A DNA stretch of 63,490 bases, counting the filler. It is 9 parts of 9 records of this genome, joined end to end, with 100 filler letters (N's around TTAATTAATTAA, not from the genome) between each part and the next. Parts side by side here need not be neighbours in the genome. Positions count along the whole stretch, not along the records: positions 57,701 to 63,490 come from SRR31147125_118652; 8 more parts are not named here. The stretch is one strand, 5' to 3'. Shown here in pieces: positions 59,835-63,490 of this stretch; the first letter of the stretch is position 1; each line of letters opens with the position of its first letter. The notes beneath the pieces are model-generated. The model was given only the letters and a program-made list of their open reading frames with translations, was not told the origin of the DNA and made no database searches. Position numbers and translations under genes: made by a program.

Positions 59835-60497
59835 TTACGGCGTGTTGCCCTCAAGGGACCAAAGATAATTATAGAGCGGTACGAGCTTATGAAGCGCTGA
59901 GCAAAGCGTGTTTGTAAATTCAGGCGAATATACGGCCTCGTGGCCTCCGTGTTCGGCGATCATTGAAATATTTTTCCGGTTGTACCACGCGTCCAGAATA
60001 CCGTCTTTGTCGTCTTTTTTGCGGCTGTATTCGTCTCCGGTCAGCTCAAAATCGTGTTCTTTTTTAAGCTTTTCGGCAATGCGGACAAATTCGGCTGGAT
60101 TTGCGTCCAGTCTGTCGCGGAATTTTTTCATGGTGGCGGGCGGCGCCTGAAAGTAGCCCATGCCGTAGGAATATCCTTCGCTGGAGATTTCAAAGAAGAA
60201 AACAGGCGTAGCCTGCCAGTCAACATGCTCCTTTTCAAGAGAGAACCACAGATGCTCCTTATACGGGCCACCGGATCGGATGCGCCGCGCGTCCCGATAG
60301 ATGCGGCTGACACGGCTTTCCAGCTCCAGCCCGGCCTTCTCCGTCATGTACGTCCACACATCCCGGGCCAGTTCACTCAGAGGCTTTTGGACGTACTCCT
60401 GATACGCTTTTTTATTTTCAAGAAACCACTCGCGGTTGTTGTTGAGGCGGATGCCCCATAAAAACGCCGTCGCGTCCTCATTAAAACCGGTAAACAT
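59835..60497 (-). CDS. DUF2461 family protein
   Basis: FTGF, NNNREWF..NK..Y, RIYRDAR, PYK. Confidence 0.85.
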   Translation of the reverse strand: MFTGFNEDATAFLWGIRLNNNREWFLENKKAYQEYVQKPLSELARDVWTYMTEKAGLELESRVSRIYRDARRIRSGGPYKEHLWFSLEKEHVDWQATPVFFFEISSEGYSYGMGYFQAPPATMKKFRDRLDANPAEFVRIAEKLKKEHDFELTGDEYSRKKDDKDGILDAWYNRKNISMIAEHGGHEAVYSPEFTNTLCSALHKLVPLYNYLWSLEGNTP

Positions 60498-60574
60498 AAA
60501 AAAGTCCTTTCGCTTGGGCCGCACTTTCCGTGCAGCAGAGATAATAAAAATGTGCCTTGCTCCGGCAAAGCCGG

Positions 60575-60991
60575 TTAATCGCCGATGATCTTAATCAGAA
60601 CGCGCTTGTCCCGCCTGCCGTCGAACTCATAATAAAAAAGCTGTTCCCATGTGCCGAAATCAAGCTGGCCGTTGGTGATGGCTACGACAGCCTCGCGCCC
60701 CATGATCGTGCGCTTTATATGTGCGTCGGCGTTATCCTCAAAGCCGTTGTGGCGGTATTGGTCGTACGGCTTTTCCGGTGCGAGCTTTTCCAGCCACACC
60801 TCAAAGTCGTGATGCAGGCCGTGCTCGTCGTCGTTAATGAAGACGCTGGCCGTGATGTGCATAGGATTTATAAGAGCCAGCCCGTCCTGGATGCCGCTCT
60901 CACGCAGCGCTTCCTCGACGTGGCGCGTGATATTGACGAGTCCCCGCCGTGTCGGGAGATTAAAATGCAGCTCGCTGCGGTAGGTTTTCAT
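60575..60991 (-). CDS. yjbQ: YjbQ family protein
   Basis: [32 protein letters not shown]. Confidence 0.92.
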   Translation of the reverse strand: MKTYRSELHFNLPTRRGLVNITRHVEEALRESGIQDGLALINPMHITASVFINDDEHGLHHDFEVWLEKLAPEKPYDQYRHNGFEDNADAHIKRTIMGREAVVAITNGQLDFGTWEQLFYYEFDGRRDKRVLIKIIGD

Positions 60992-61884
60992 CGGATCAGC
61001 TCCTTTTGCTGTTTTACCCGCCTAAAAAAGCTCAGCTTTGTTTCACTGATGATTACAGCTGTAAACATCAATATAAAACCGCCTGCCAGCTTGAGCGTTA
61101 AAATTTCGCCGGTGAACAATATAGATGACACAGCGCCGAAAACAGCCTCAAAGGTCATGATGACGGACGCCTGGGACGGCGGCGTGTGCTGCTGCCCGAA
61201 TATCTGCAGGAATATGCACAGGGCCGTGCTGACAACGGTTAAAAAGACCAGCAGCCAGATCGTATTTATCGGGATGCTTTGGGGGATCGGCTCAAAAATA
61301 AAGGCCAGCACACCGGAAATGATCCCCGTCACGGCAAACTGCACCAGCGTCAAAAGCACGGCGCTGCGGCCGGCGAGCGCCTTATTGGTGATGACGATAT
61401 GCACCGCCAGAAAAAAGCCGCAGATAAGCGTCAGCCCGTCGCCGAGCCCCATCGTGAACCGACCATCGAGCGATATAAGTCCGACGCCGAAAAGCCCGAT
61501 GACGGCTGCCGTTATGTTATACCGATCCGGCCTTTTTTTATGCAGGATCCAGTATAAAAACGGAACGATGATACAATAAAAGGCCGTTAAAAACGCGTTT
61601 TTGCCCGGCGTTGTGCGTTCCAGCCCGTACGTCTGGAAGGTATAAGCCAGAAACAGCGCGCAGCCCATTAAAGCGCCATAGCCAACAGTGCCCCAGTCGA
61701 GCTTTTTAAGCTCGCGTATACCGGCAAAAAACAGGATGACGGCCGCGCCGGTAAAGCGGATGGTGAGAATAAACAGCGTTGGGACGCTGTTAAGGGTGAA
61801 ATCCATCAAAACGAAGGATATGCCCCAGATCATTGTCGCTAAAAACAAAGCGCCTCTGCCGAGAGCTTTTTTATTATGTATCAC
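60988..61884 (-). CDS. DMT/EamA family transporter
   Basis: IWGISF, two EamA repeats, ten TM helices. Confidence 0.9.
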   Translation of the reverse strand: MIHNKKALGRGALFLATMIWGISFVLMDFTLNSVPTLFILTIRFTGAAVILFFAGIRELKKLDWGTVGYGALMGCALFLAYTFQTYGLERTTPGKNAFLTAFYCIIVPFLYWILHKKRPDRYNITAAVIGLFGVGLISLDGRFTMGLGDGLTLICGFFLAVHIVITNKALAGRSAVLLTLVQFAVTGIISGVLAFIFEPIPQSIPINTIWLLVFLTVVSTALCIFLQIFGQQHTPPSQASVIMTFEAVFGAVSSILFTGEILTLKLAGGFILMFTAVIISETKLSFFRRVKQQKELIR

Positions 61885-61914
61885 AAAACGACCCCGCTGA
61901 CTAGAATATAAGTT

Positions 61915-63490
61915 TTAAATTTTCTTCATATAGGCCGATGCCGACTTTGCCATCAGCCTTTTGGTGCCAACCTTGTCAAAGGCAATCTCTAAAAGCGCGT
62001 CGCCGCCCGTTGGCTGTACATCGGTGACCATACCCTGGCCGAAGGCGTTGTGCTTCACCATATCGCCCTTCTGAAATGCCGGTATAGCCGCAGCTGGAGC
62101 CGGCTTAGGCGGTATCAGCGGTGCCTTGCCTTTCAGGTCATTCCGGTTGCCGGGCTTCGGCGCTACATATCGGCTCTGGATGCGCCGTGCGCCCTCCTGC
62201 CGGTCTTCCAATTCGCCCGGACTTATGCCCAATGAAGCAGCGCCGTAGCTGACTGATACGGCTGCCGGCTTGTCGATATGCTCGTCTGAAACCTCTTCCA
62301 CGAAGCGCGAGGGCTTGCCCGCCGTTGTCTTGCCGAACAGCATGCGCTGCTGCGCGCTTGTAAAGTACAGCTTCTTTTTCGCGCGGGTCATCGCGACATA
62401 GCACAGCCGTCGCTCCTCTTCCATCTCTTCCAGTTCACCAATCGACCGAAGACTGGGGAAGATACCCTCTTCCGTGCCGACAATAAAGACGGTTGGAAAT
62501 TCAAGCCCCTTGGCGCTGTGCATCGTCATCATCACGACGCTGTCCGTGCTCCGGTCATATTGGTCGAGATCGGTATACAGCGCGATCTCGTTTAAAAAGT
62601 CAAGCAGTGTGCCGCCTTCCGTTTCCCGCATAAAGCTGAGGATGTTAGTTTTGAGCTCCCGTACGTTTTCAATGCGCGTCAAATTTTCATCCGTTTTTTT
62701 AGCTTCCAGCGCCCGGATATAGCCTGTGCGCTCTAAAAGCGCGTCATACAGCTCGTCGAGAGGGAGCGTTTCGGACTGAAGACGCAGGTCCTCAATGAGT
62801 CCGACAAATTGATGCAGCTTCGCGGCCGATTTTTGAAGGTCCTCAAAGGTCTCCGATACCTTGAGTATCTCGAAAACGCCCAGGCCCCGCTCAGCGGCCA
62901 GCTCCTCAACACGGCCCATTGTGACCTGCCCGATTCCGCGCGGCGGATTGTTGACGATGCGCAGAAGGCGCAAATCGTCCGTGGGGTTGGCGATGACGCA
63001 CAGATAGGCCAGCATGTCCTTGATTTCCGCTCGGTCAAAAAAGCGCGTGCCGCCGACGATGCGGTATGGTACGCCGCTGCGCTTGAAGGCGTACTCCAGC
63101 TGGTTAGACTGGGCGTTCATGCGGTATAAAATAGCATAGTCGCTCCAGTTGTCGCCGCCGGATATACCAGAGAGGATTTGGCTGGCGACGTACTGCGCCT
63201 CCTCGCGCTCGTCGGACGCGATGTAGAGCGTCAGCTTGTCCCCGCATTCCTGCTGCGTCCAAAGCTTTTTGCCCTTGCGCCCGGTATTATGTTCGATGAC
63301 TGAGTTGGCCGCGTCGAGTATATGGCTTGTGGAGCGGTAATTTTGCTCGAGCCGGATTACCCGCGCGTCCTTATACTGGCTTTCAAAGCTCAGGATATTT
63401 TCTATCGTCGCGCCCCGGAACTTATAAATGCTCTGGTCGTCGTCGCCGACGACGCAGATATTCTCATGCCCACCGGCCAGCGCGCTGGCC
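61915..63490 (-). CDS. pcrA: ATP-dependent DNA helicase PcrA/UvrD, 5' partial
   Basis: VGDDDQSIYKFRGA, LEQNYRS, ILYRMNAQS, MTMHSAKGLEF, EERRLCYVAMTRA, C-terminal Tudor-like domain. Confidence 0.95.
   Translation of the reverse strand, partial: ASALAGGHENICVVGDDDQSIYKFRGATIENILSFESQYKDARVIRLEQNYRSTSHILDAANSVIEHNTGRKGKKLWTQQECGDKLTLYIASDEREEAQYVASQILSGISGGDNWSDYAILYRMNAQSNQLEYAFKRSGVPYRIVGGTRFFDRAEIKDMLAYLCVIANPTDDLRLLRIVNNPPRGIGQVTMGRVEELAAERGLGVFEILKVSETFEDLQKSAAKLHQFVGLIEDLRLQSETLPLDELYDALLERTGYIRALEAKKTDENLTRIENVRELKTNILSFMRETEGGTLLDFLNEIALYTDLDQYDRSTDSVVMMTMHSAKGLEFPTVFIVGTEEGIFPSLRSIGELEEMEEERRLCYVAMTRAKKKLYFTSAQQRMLFGKTTAGKPSRFVEEVSDEHIDKPAAVSVSYGAASLGISPGELEDRQEGARRIQSRYVAPKPGNRNDLKGKAPLIPPKPAPAAAIPAFQKGDMVKHNAFGQGMVTDVQPTGGDALLEIAFDKVGTKRLMAKSASAYMKKI

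Noticed and set aside
1..63490. CRISPR array, rRNA, prophage or defence system
   Set aside because: No regularly spaced repeats and no cas, integrase, phage structural or rRNA-like sequence was recognised.

Overview
This window is not one locus. It is nine unrelated contig fragments joined by eight artificial 100-nt spacers (44 N + TTAATTAATTAA + 44 N), so gene context holds only within a fragment. Taxonomic labels are inferred from gene content and composition. (1) 1-6875, Clostridia-like: Clp ATPase, pgsA, CvpA, beta-propeller protein, truA, ecfT. (2) 6976-13258, Desulfobacterota-like: SBP/GAF/PAS sensor kinase, single-domain receiver, hybrid kinase, and an IS200/IS605 tnpA remnant. (3) 13359-22636, spirochaete-like: 5'-nucleotidase, a five-gene YnjB/TVP38/MerA-like/DUF3047/YnjF-like operon, glnA with a structured leader, proW/proV. 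(4) 22737-28561: two URO-D/MtaA-family proteins around a sugar ABC transporter. (5) 28662-37776, AT-rich: ada-alkA with one in-frame TGA, ogt, a small Cys-rich protein, cupin/AraC, tRNA-Val(GAC), thrS-infC-rpmI-rplT-pheS. (6) 37877-43731: hexuronate catabolism. (7) 43832-49733: lipoprotein sialidase divergent from a 7TM-LuxR regulator, plus an Fn3 lipoprotein. (8) 49834-57600: pncA, OsmC-like, TRAP, MscS, TrkA. (9) 57701-63490: yidC-jag-acpP, DUF2461, yjbQ, DMT, pcrA. At least eight frameshifts fall in homopolymer runs and are probably sequencing errors. I saw no CRISPR array, rRNA or intact mobile element. The best leads are the orphan-SBP five-gene operon, the glnA operator/attenuator/small-ORF leader, and the 7TM-LuxR/TACGTA/sialidase module. 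All family calls come from motif recognition by eye, not database searches.
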